Shown: positions 53,101 through 64,000 of the stretch, piece by piece
Numbering within the stretch: position 1 is the stretch's first letter
Layout: every line of letters begins with the position of its first letter
Source: Cenococcum geophilum
Taxonomy: Eukaryota
Reading direction: 5' to 3'
Assembly: GCA_050273025.1 (NCBI GenBank)
Contig: CP158635.1
Coordinates: forward strand, 13,206,001 to 13,270,000
Length of the DNA stretch: 64,000 bases
The notes under the pieces: generated by a model
What the model was told of the DNA's origin: nothing
The model's input: only the letters and a program-made list of their open reading frames with translations
The model's database searches: none
Made by a program: the position numbers and the translations under genes

Positions 53101-55529
53101 ACTTCTTTATATAGCTCTTTTACTCCCTCGCTTACTTATAAGGCTCCCTTACTCTATTATAAAGCCTCCTTATCTCTATATAGTTGTTTAGGAAAAATGT
53201 GTATATTTATCTTTATAAGAAGCCCCCTAAACTTTCTTAGACTATGACGCCTATACCCTAGATATAGAAGATACTACTTTATATAATTAACTAACTAGGC
53301 ATTTAACTAGGGGGACGAAAATCGGCATACTAACTATTAATTACCTCTGGCGTATCAAATTGTTCCTTAGGAAAGCCTAGCTAAGTTTAACTCTAACTAA
53401 TCCCAAGTTAATGCGGACAAAGAAGATTTTGTTAAATTAGAGCGGCCGTATAATTTAGCTAAGGCGCCTGTTAATTAAGGCATCTAGTAAGCTAAAATTT
53501 AAGTAACGCGGTTAAGGTGTACTACGAAATTAACTTAATAGTAGCTAGGATACTCTTACATTACCCTATATAGTAAAATGGAATTAATATATCTAAGAGT
53601 GGGAATTATAAAGAAATCCCTCCTTTTTAATTACCTACTAATATAGGCAATGCACTGTTTCTGTAGCTTAGGACAGGTTTTAGATAGCTATACTATAGCA
53701 ATTAATTGTCCTATATTCTTAAGGCAAGGCTAGCGGTAATAGTCGTAATAATATATACGTAAAAGAACCTAAGCTTTTAGGCGTTCCCAAAGTTAATCCG
53801 GCGTAACTTTTATAGGGCTCTTCTATATGCCCGTTTAGTTAGTAAATAAGGATTGTAAAAGGCGCCTATAAGTCTATATAAGGCGTAAGCCTTAGATAGA
53901 CGTGCATTCGGTACCGCATATTTTCATTAAAGGCTATATACTAAATCCATTTTAATAACAGAAGTAGGTAAGGCTGAAATAATTATACTATTATATCTTA
54001 ATATGCGACCAATACATTGGATATAAGAAAGCCGTTAGGAGTGGTATATATAGATCTAGCAAGATATCAATAACTAAAGATGCTAAAAATTCTAATTAAG
54101 CGGCGTTAAGCCTAGTATATACTAATCTCCTTATATTGCAATTGTTTTTATCCTATCTTGTATATAATAAAAATCTCAGCATATACTATCTTTTAAGAAA
54201 AAGTAAGAAAACCGCAAAGGGCCTGTAAGAGCTGTTTAGCTATTATTTAACCTTTTATAGTAGGAGGGATAAGAGGGCAATGGACTAGTTAGGGTAATAA
54301 AAGGTATTCACGCTATAATTTACTAGGGTCTTCTCCAGCCAATATAGGCAATTTAAAACTTTAGCTAGTTAGTAATAAATCGGATATACTATAAGGAAAA
54401 GTTTACCGTTATAAAAGGGATATTATAGTCCTTATAAGTAGCTGCTAGTACCACACACGCTAGGATAGGGAGTACTATAATGGCGTTTATAAGGACTATT
54501 ATAGTAAGCCTTTAGATAGGGTTATTACGCTCTATAGTAAACAAATTAAGTAATTTTTAGCAGTAGGAGCCTTAATGGTCTATAAAATTGGGCTACTTTC
54601 TAATGCGGCTTTTAAGGAGAATTAAATATACACAGGTAATAAAGATCTCTTTAAGGCTAATAAGACCAACCTTTAATATAAACCAAAAGTGGGAACTCTT
54701 TAAGAGGGATATATAGCCTATTTTGGCAACTAAACTATAGGTATAGGTTAAAGGGAAAGGTTAGGAGAGTATATAGGGAGAACCTATAATCTAAAGAGTG
54801 CTATCCTTAATAAGAACACTACTGCCCTAACCCCTATAAAAATCGGCTTACTACTATCAACTTTAAAAAGAATATTATTTAGCAACGTATACTATATTTA
54901 TTAGCTTTACCCCTCTATAAATTTACTTTATAAATTACTTTAATAATTAGAGGAATAGTTGCAAACCTGCATAAAATAATAAGCAGTAATCTTACGTTAG
55001 CTATAATAGGATATTAGTTCTGTTTCTGGCCTAAAAATTAACTATAATTTAATATACAGTGTATATAATCCTAAAATATATTAATAATAACTAAAACAAT
55101 AGCAGAAATAAATTGGGGCAATAAGAGGAGGGCTGCTAGTATTAAAGTTTGTTATATTGCTTTCTGTTTTCTATTATAAAAATAAAGATAAAAGTAAAAA
55201 CTTAGGTAGATAAATATATAAGTAGTTAAGATATACTAAAGGAGAGTTATTAATTTCATTATAATAGCGGCGAAGAGTATCTATATAAACGAACGAGGGC
55301 CGCGATATATATATATATATATACGCGGCCAGCATACTTTTAGGATACGGTTTTACTTTATTTTACTCCTTTACTTAGCGCTTAAACTAGACATAGTCGG
55401 CTTCAGATAATATTTAGTTAGTCCCCCGCGATAAACCTTAGTGGCCTAATTAAAGAGTATCGCATTTTAGGGCGTCTTATTTTTGGCCTAGATGCTTATA
55501 CTCTAGAATTCTTATAGTTAGGAGCTTGA

Positions 55530-55662
55530 ACTTTAGATCACTTTTAGGCCGGAGCCCGTGCTTTAGGGTCACTTTCTATCTAGGCGCCCGTGCTTTATAG
55601 CGTCACTTTTTATCTAGGCGCCCGTACTTTATAGCGTCTCGTTTTTAGTCCTAGTGCCTATA
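55530..55662. repeat. ~32-34-bp degenerate tandem repeat (ctaggcgcccgtgctttatagcgtcacttt)
   Basis: 3-4 visible copies in intergenic DNA. Confidence 0.75.
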
Positions 55663-56476
55663 CACGCTAGGGAGAAAAGTATAAAGAAGGGAAGTAAGGT
55701 AGAAGCGAATATAGAAGATTAAAGATTAGGCACGGAAAAGTTAAGCCGACCTAACGTGGCTCGGACTAAGGCTTCGTAGGGCTTAGTTAAATACTAAGCT
55801 ATAATAACTGGTTTTAGTTTATTCCGTAACGCGTAAGGCTCTAATATAGTAGGGCTCCTAAAAGCGGGTTTCCTAGGGTTAGTTATATAAGCGCCTATAT
55901 ATAATTACATGGCTAGTTCTAAAATAAGCTAAACCTAATATGCCAAATATAGATAGTTAACCTTTTTTTATAGTGGTTAATCGACCCATTTTCTAAAATT
56001 AGGATCCTGTTTCTTAAAACCGGATCCTGTTTTTAGGATCGCGCCCTTTTTATAATAGTTAATTAGCTATTTCCTAAAGCTAGGTTCGGTTTTAGGATCG
56101 CGATTTAAGCTAGGGTAAAAATAGCCCTATACTTACTCTTTTAAGACCATTAAGCCGCTTAGCTTAACCGCTATACCTTTTTAGCCGTGTTTAGTGTGTT
56201 TAGCTTAGCAGACGTTTTTAATAGTTAACTGGCCCGTTCCTAAAAACAGACTTAGGATATAGTCTTTAGAATTAGAATATAGTCTTTAAAATCGGACCCA
56301 GTTCTTAAAATAAGATTTAGTTTTTAGAGCCGTAACTTAGGCCAACATTAAGGGATATATTCTATATTTACTCTTAACATTCCCACCTTATTAATATAAA
56401 ATTTAGTTAACCTATATACTAGTTATCCTATAAAAACACCAGAGAGCTACTAAGCCATTAATTATTTATTACAGTT

Positions 56477-57090
56477 ATGTGTTTAAAGTAAAAATTACTA
56501 TTAAGGTTAAAGCAAGCCGTAAATAAGAATTTTTAAAAGTAAAAGGGGACCTTCTTAGAAAAGGCCAATAGATTAAAGCAACACTTTGACGTAGATTACT
56601 ATATCCTTATACGGCGCAATAGTCGATTTTATATTTATACGTCTATAGATTAATCTTTATAGCCTCTAAACCTATAAGACCTAGTAGGCCCTCTTCTTTT
56701 TATTACTATATAGAATATACTAACTATTTTAAAGGAAAGGTTCTATTCTGTTCTAGTTAAGAAAACTCTAGCACATTTTAACTAAGTTAAAGAGGATAGG
56801 TTAATAAAGGTTAATTTTAAGATATCCGGATTAGAAAGCGACGACCTTAAGGACTAAGCGAGTTACGGGGCGGCTAACTTATCACTGCTAAGTATATAAA
56901 GGTGGAGGACTTATTAAGCTTGCTTACTATAAGCAAGTCTCTAACTTTAATCTAATATGCAAGAATTTGTTTATTTATATATGGATAATAACAAGAGATT
57001 CTTAATATAGAAGCAACTATATAAAAACAAAATACCAAGCCAAGGAAATCCTAATTAACGCCTTAATCCTTAATAAATGCTAAAAGAAAT
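56477..57090 (+). pseudogene. Divergent MADS-box/SRF-like transcription factor (copy 2)
   Basis: M..K*K..RLKQAVNKNF*K*KGTFLEKANRLKQHFDVDYYILIRRNSRFYIYTSID*SL*(W)PL; second exon ERFYSVLVKKTL (YP.P.KKTP-like). Confidence 0.75.
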
Positions 57091-60000
57091 TAACGTAATT
57101 GCGAAAGTCTTTATAGGAAATTTCTTATTCCTTAGACTTCTTAGAACCCCTATCTTTAATATAATCTACCTTTCTCTTACGTACTATTCTTCTTAATATC
57201 TCTTCTAATAGATCCTCTAATGCTTTTCCTAGTTAATCTCCTTGCTTACATAGTTTGCCCCTCTTAGCTATTTCTATTATAATATCTTTAAGCGGTTTAT
57301 ATATCTTAGCATAACGGCAGAGGTAATAAGGACTTTCAATATAGTATAATAAAAGTTTCTTTTGCGGTATAGCTACCGCTAAAACCTAGGTAGGATACCA
57401 GTATATTACTGCGATAGGACTATATAAAGATATAATTCCTCTATAACTAGGGTTTTAAAGGCGTATTATATCCTTTATTATATAATAAGTAGGTAACTAG
57501 GATATAAGATACTTTACTTATCCGCTTAAGATCTTGGTATTAGAAATTATTAATACTTTAGATGGATATATAAGGACTAAACCATTCTCTACTTAATTAT
57601 TAGTGTTGTAAAATAATATAGGCGTCTTATAAATATACCTCTAGGTACCGGCGAAATATATTTAGAACCTATAACTATATTTATCTACTAGGATAAGCCT
57701 TTAATATGGTTCTTTTTCAGTTAAGGTAAGTCTATTTTAGCCTCGCTATGGTCCTCTATTAGCTTAGGTAAGTCTATTTTAGATTCGCCGTGGCCTTTTA
57801 AACCCCTAAGGTAATTAAGGTATATTTTTTATATACTTGCCTAAACCGTATCCTCTTATATATCGCCCTTTATATTATCGTCCTTTTTGTAAGAACTGGC
57901 CTTATTAGGTGTTTAGGTAGGTGTATAAAGTATCTACTCCTATATACGACCAGAAAGCTATAATTATTTCTTTTCTCTGCTATTAGATGCTGCGTCTTTA
58001 GCGTTAATATAATTTTAAGATAATTTAGGGTTTCTAGTAGGTTGACGATTAGATATAATATCTTTAGGGAGGTAGTATATAGTAATGTCTTTATAGGTAC
58101 TAATTGAGGGCCTATAGGCTATATTAGCAACGTATCTAAATTTAGTTAAGGTAATATATATAATGTTTAATATTCTTATAAGGATGGTAAGGGATATATA
58201 GTTAATAGGTTAAATTTAAAGGTAAGTTAAATTAATGGCATATAAGAACTAGGAGCACGACGTTTATACTCCATTTCTCTTTTAGGGCTAAGTTAGGATA
58301 GAGGGTAGAAGGAAAAGGCGAAGTATACTAGCCGCCCTTTTCCACTTTATATGGTGTCCGTAGTACAATATTTAGTAGCTATAATTACTCTTAGCTTATA
58401 TATTATCTACGCCCAAGATTATAAGCGCCTAGAGTGATCTATAAGTGAGGCATTATTGGAAGTAGCCATTGGCTAAGCTATTGCTAGATTTAAATAGCTA
58501 ACAATCCCTAACGGACGCTGTATACCTTAGTAGGGTTTAAAAGCGTTTATATAAAGTTATAAACTAGAATCGGAAGTTAATAATAACCTCTAATAACGCC
58601 TCCCTTGGCAGGAACAGTATTATATAATTTACTTTTAACGCCCGTCCTTTATAGAGTAAAACACTACTTAAGTAGTAGACTTACCCTAGCTAGTTAATCT
58701 TATATATTAACTCCCCATCTATAGTAAAGGAGCTATTAGTACGCTGCTAGGAGGCTTAGTTAGTATCCTAGCTAAGCCCTTTATAAATGCCCCGCCTTAT
58801 ACGGGCGGTATAATAACTCCTACTAATCTGCCTTGCGCTAAGGGAGGACTTATATTTAAGGCACTAAGCAGCTAGTACAGAGGCCTATAGGCTTGTTCTA
58901 TATCCCAATAATATTAACTATAATTTCTCTTTAAGTAGTATCCCGTAACCCTAAGTACCTATAAGCGTAGCGTCCCTAAATCGTTAGCTAGTAAGTAGGC
59001 GTTTATAGATAGAGAAATCGGCTTTAGAGATAGTGACGGTAATATAGAGGCGTTAACTAGTTAGAAGAGTAACTCTAGTAATAAGGATTAAGAATGGGAT
59101 GTAGAGACATTATATAGCGGAGAAAATCGTTTTAGTACTAAAGGTTAAGAAATATAGGCAGATAGTAATAAAGATATATTAAGCGACGAGGCTATATAGG
59201 CGACAATTAAATACGGTGGCCTTAGCTTTATAGTCCTAAATCTATAAATATAGGGTATAAATACAAAGAAGAGTTCTAATAAAAGCTAGTAAAAGGGTTA
59301 AAACTTTAGCCTCTTTTTGTTTAGCCTATCGCGAAATAAGATAATATTTCACCATTCCCACTAAAGTCTCAGCCCGCTTAACTTATAGCGAGCTATAAAG
59401 TATTTACAACAATCTATACCTTCCCTTAGATAAGTTTATTTATTATCTTAAAAGCGATAATAGAATATAAATCTATGCTAGCAACCTAGGATTTTTTATA
59501 TTTCTTATGGACCTGGAATATATACCGCCTTAGCAACTATTAGTCGTGTTTAAGACTATAGTCCTTATAGATTTATACCTTAAGGATATAAATATGTTAT
59601 TTTATAGTGTTTTCTTTTTATTTAAGTCGTTTCTCTACTTATTATATACAGTGGTTGTTCATCTATTCCGGTATAGTGGGGAGGAGTAGTTAAGTTATAT
59701 AAGGGGGCTTAGACTTATAGCTACGCTTATAGGGCTGTTTATATAGGGACTTCTTTAAGTATATATAAGGGGGCTTTAAGTCGTTATAAAGTTTATAGGA
59801 GTTATTATATGGGAATTTCTTTAATATTTCTAGATTTGGTCTTATATATTTCTTTTATTTCTAGTTTTAGGATCTTTATAAGATTTGCTTCTTATTAATT
59901 TAGATTTATATATAACGTATAAGGCTTAAATATAGCAAGGCTAAAAAGGACGCTAGCGTAGAGCTTAAAATTTGCATCCGTCCTTAACTTGGCTATTTAT

Positions 60001-60131
60001 TACAGGTTCCGGATTATTAGTAAAACCGTTTAGATATTTCTATTAATCCGCTTAGCCTAAATCGCCCATCCGCTATAAACAAAACTCTCCCCTATACGCT
60101 CTCCCGTTATTATTATTATCGCCACTATAAT

Positions 60132-62573
60132 ATAGCCTAATAGTTACCCGATTATAAACAGCTTTTCCTTAAAGAGTAACGTAGACGGTAAGAAGAGCAA
60201 CGTAAATAATAAGAAGAGCAGCGTAGATGGGAGGAGGAGTAGCGTAGACGAGAAGAAGTAGAGCGTGTATAGGAAGAAGTAGAGCGTATATAGGAAGAAG
60301 TAGAGCGTATATAGGAAGAAGCAGAGCGCGTATAGGAAGAAGAATAATATAGATAGTAAGAAGCGGAGCGAGCCCGGGAAGAAGCTAAGGGAAAAACCTA
60401 TAAGACAACACTACCTAAGTTTCTTAACGCCTATCATGCCTATCTCTACTCAGGCCTTACTATTCAAATTAATGCGACGTTATTAACATAGGGCGACCCT
60501 ACTAATGCGAATAATAAGATTTGCCCCAAAAGAATCTAAGCATAGGAAGATTTTTTAGTATAGTAGGAAGCCATCTAGAACGACCTTATAGGATCGAATT
60601 TCATACTAGAACGGCACTTTACTTCGCTATATACATTAGAAGAGTCTAGGGAGGCTATTTACTAAAGGATAATAAGTTCTAAGCTAGACTTAAATTACTT
60701 TTAGCGCTATACCGTTAAGGACCATATATTATTAATTATTAAATAACTTTATAATAATCCGACGCTTCGGCGGAAGTTCCGCCTAAAAGGGTTAGTAAAG
60801 TTTAAAAATTATACTAATACTTTTAGCCCGGAATGGCGGATAGAGGAGGATATATAATAAATAAGTATATCTAGAAACTAGCGATATTAGTTACCCCGTT
60901 TCTAAGCCTAGGCTAAGCAGATAAAGCTACTAGGCTTAGCTGGCTTAGCCAAGCCTACGGCTATAGTAATGGCAGAATTAGTAAGGTCGTCGCGTCCTTA
61001 TATAGATTAGTTCTATATATATAACACTTTTAGTAAAACTTAGAATACAAAGTATTGCATTACTACTTTTATTATTAAGTATAAGGCTCCCTATAAACTA
61101 ACTCTTAGCTACATCTATAAGGGTCTTAATAATATAAAACTTAAGGAAGTAGTCCGCTGCCATAATATCAACAGCCTATAGGACCACTTCCGTTACCTAG
61201 TCGCTGCTATTATTACTTAGGCCTTTTCTTATATAGTCTAGGCTAGACTAAAGTATAGGTATATTTATACTAGTAAAGCATTTATCTTTCTATAAGTGCC
61301 CTATAATCCTAAAACGGTTTACTACTTCCTATCTATCCCTAAGGGTAACGTTAGGGAGACAACTAGATAGGCACTGGATTTAGATAGGGGAAATTAATTA
61401 TATCTAACCGCCGTTAGATAGATACTAGTATTTACCCTTTAGGCGCTAAAGACGCCGCCTTAGAATTAAAATTAGCGGACTAATATAGCCGCTTAACTAA
61501 AAAGCTAGGAGGTAATCTATGATAATCTACTAGATATAATTCCTATATATAATGCGCCTTTATTAAAGTACCGGGCACCTAGGCAAAATAATTTTCTTTA
61601 TATATTACCTATCTAGCTCCGACCTAGAGTAACGTTAACTAGTTTCTTCCGGTGTTACCTATTACAGAATTAGAGTGAGTTTAGTAATAATAAGTTTAAT
61701 CCTAATACTCTAAGCTATCTATCTTAGCGGTCCCTACCTTAGCCTTTACCCTAAGCCCTAGACCTTACTAGCAGATTATTATTTAGTCGCGATTCCCGCT
61801 ATAGAGGTAAAGGTAGGCGGTATTATACTTAAAAATGTCTTCTTAGCTTAGTAGAGGGGGGTTTGCTTAATAAGACGTGTTTAAATATATAAGATTACAG
61901 CGGGAGCCATTATTAGATTAACTAACCCACCTTCCTTAATCTTATGCGCTAGCAACTCTTAAAAGATTTAAATTCTAATTATAAGCTAGTAGGCGTATAT
62001 AGAACACATAGGGCTCTATTTAAGGTTAGGTTAACGTTATATAAATATACCCTAGCCGCAAAATGCACTATTATTAACTTTATTAGCTACCTAAATTAGG
62101 AGGCTACTGTCTATAAGCGCCTCTGTCCGATTTAAGGTATATATATACTGGTATATCTAGGAAATATTAATCTTAACCATCTATATTTCTATAACAGTAT
62201 TATAGAGATTATTTATATAATGTTCCTTAGTTTTAGGGGGAAACTAATCTTTTAATATATTAACGGCGATAATAGGCTATACCTAATAGAATAGGTTAAG
62301 CGCTTAATTCGGGCCGTTTATTAACTAGGAGTTTTGCACTAAGATATAATGCCTTATAATATACTTTGGAATATAGAGGTTAGCAAAGCAATAATAATTA
62401 ACTTTAAACGGGCCGAAGTTTTAAAACCATAGGCTGCGCTAGGTGTTATCTTACTAAATTAAAAGAAAAAATGGGTACCTAAAGAGGGTTTAAATAAGCA
62501 GCCGGGAGGATATTATAATGAATTTATATAGGAGATATAACGGGTAATAGTAGAACTCCGCGGGTTAAAATAG
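60132..62573 (+). pseudogene. Spok-like (spore killer family) protein: coiled-coil, PD-(D/E)xK nuclease-like, Cys cluster, kinase; 814 codons, intronless, RIP-inactivated
   Basis: PDYKQLFL.E*RRR*EEQR..EEAER coiled-coil; TTLPKFLNAYH; VKFKNYTNT (FENH.NT); RP..D*FY(C)IYN; IIK(E)YKAPY(H)KL; VAAIIT*AFSYIV*ARLKYRYIYTSKAFIFL; YY(C)T*KCLLSL..G.LNKTCL(P)N; GALFKVRL..Y.YTLAAK; GVLH*D..PYNILW..IN(D)FK(E)RA. Confidence 0.88.
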
Positions 62574-62899
62574 CTAGGGTGTTTACCGTATTAGTAAATT
62601 AAATAGTCTTTATAGCTTCTAGACCTAGAAACCCTTATAGGCCCCCTTTTTTTCTATTATTCTATAAACTAACTTCTATTTTAAGGATAATGCTATCCTC
62701 TACTAGTAAAGAAGACGCTAGTAGAGCGACTAGACTTAAATACGTAATAGGGGAATATAGTTCTGCTTGCTTTAGACGCCAAGCTTAGTTAAATCTGCTA
62801 ATTTATTACTAATTAAGTATATAAATACGGCAAATACTCGCTATAAAGGGCGGGGCTGTTTAGCTTAAATCTAATATATAAATTTCCTTTAATAAGCAA

Positions 62900-64000
62900 A
62901 CAATATAAGACTAAAGAGCGTACTATTTAAGCTAATAAATTTCCTCCTTAATTCTGTAGACTTCTCTATCCTTAGGCTAAGCATACCCTTTTCCTCTTAA
63001 ATGCCGTAATCTTATTTCTTACCTTTATAACCCGTTTATCTCTATAATCTAAAGTTTTATTACTACCTCTCTTAAGAGTATAGATTTCGTTTTAAAGCCG
63101 CTTAATAATATCTCTTATCTCTTTCCAGTTACTTCTTAGGTTGTTAATCTAATTGTTAACTTTCCCTAGATAACTTATAATATAGCGGTCGCATTTTTTA
63201 AGGCTACTAACTCTCCTATTAAGTTGGCTAAGCTTATAACTAAGTTAATTAACTAAGCTACCTAGTCTCTCTATTGCCCCTAATAGAGTAAGCTAGGGGT
63301 TAGTAAGCTTTATTAGAAGAAGTTACTAAACGGACTATATTAAGACGGCTTCTTTATCTCATTAGTGCGGAGTAAGTATTTCCTTATAGTTCCTTTCGCA
63401 TTAGCCTTATTATTCTCTAAATCACTCTTACATTCCGATACTAACTAAATATCCTACTTATATTAGTAAGCTGGCAAATAGATAAAACTATAGGGAAGTA
63501 ACTATTATATACCTACCCTACTATATTAACGGCCTTATTGGAGCCCTTAAAATAGAAAGCATATAGTATATCCTAGCTCTATTAGCGGTATCCCATAAAG
63601 GATTTAATATTTAAAGCGCACCTTGGCCTAATACAATATAGTATCCTCTATTATAGTATCTAAGTGGCTCATTATTAAAGAGATAAGGCAGCTAATAGTT
63701 TAAGTATCTTTACAAGAAAGTAAGGAGGGATTTTCTTAAAGGATACTATACTTAATATAGATCTAGTTAAAGGATATAAAGGCCTTTTATATCCTACTCC
63801 TCTCTACCACCTAGCTAATAGGAGAGCTAATAGTAGACTCCGCTTTAACTATACCTTAAAAGTCGAGCCGATTTACTAACTTAGGGATACTAGCATAGTA
63901 TTACAAATGCGCTATAATACGGCCACAATAGGAGTATAATCCTTCCTATCTATACCTACCTTTACTATACCTCTATAGGAGGGTTACATTAAACGACAAG
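62900..64000 (-). pseudogene. Unidentified coding-like region running off the window edge
   Basis: Long minus frames with RIP-type stops; no family recognised. Confidence 0.25.

Larger units (their letters stand above)
1..64000. mobile_element. Interior of a RIP-inactivated Starship-like giant transposon (termini and captain not seen in window)
   Basis: Ferric reductase, DUF3723, patatin-like phospholipase and a Spok-like gene co-occur; these are the known auxiliary/cargo set of Starships. Uniform RIP signature across the window. Confidence 0.8.

Noticed and set aside
50500..55000. Several long coding-like frames (also 3.3-5.1, 7.4-7.9, 39.3-41.5 and 57.1-59.3 kb)
   Set aside because: Both strands look open after allowing RIP stops and no motif was recognised, so strand and product could not be supported.
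55298..55330. Hairpin ggccgcg(at)n cgcggcc
   Set aside because: Most of the symmetry comes from an (AT)n microsatellite, which RIP can generate; only 7-bp unique arms.
1..64000. DUF3435 tyrosine-recombinase captain and Starship termini
   Set aside because: No frame I could recognise as a captain and no boundary repeat seen; probably outside the window, though an unidentified RIPed region could hide one.
1..64000. Scattered TTAGGG/CCCTAA hexamers as telomeric repeats; tRNA/rRNA genes
   Set aside because: No tandem telomeric runs (single hexamers are expected RIP products); no recognisable RNA gene.

Overview
Fungal (Pezizomycotina-type) AT-rich DNA heavily mutated by repeat-induced point mutation (RIP): TpA is strongly enriched, and reading frames carry TAA/TAG at positions where Gln/Trp would be expected, so essentially no gene is intact. 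Reading through the RIP stops by eye shows the interior of a dead Starship-like giant transposon. It holds three canonical Starship auxiliary genes (ferric reductase, DUF3723, patatin-like phospholipase) and a full-length Spok-like (spore-killer family) coiled-coil/nuclease/Cys-cluster/kinase gene. Other cargo: two divergent MADS-box-like genes, a pseudokinase, a cupredoxin, a chromo-like gene, an ankyrin-repeat gene, a diverged paralogous gene pair and several unidentified frames. Nested insertions: a 397-bp hAT-type MITE (8-bp TSD) and a 2.3-kb Copia-derived non-autonomous LTR element (173-bp LTRs, 5-bp TSD). The most unusual non-coding structure is a ~1-kb array of 18-19 copies of the palindrome TCCCGTACGGGA, spaced at multiples of ~16.7 bp (8.1-9.2 kb). 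No DUF3435 captain recombinase or Starship boundary was recognised. All protein calls come from manual translation with mental de-RIPing, no database searches were run, and gene ends are approximate.
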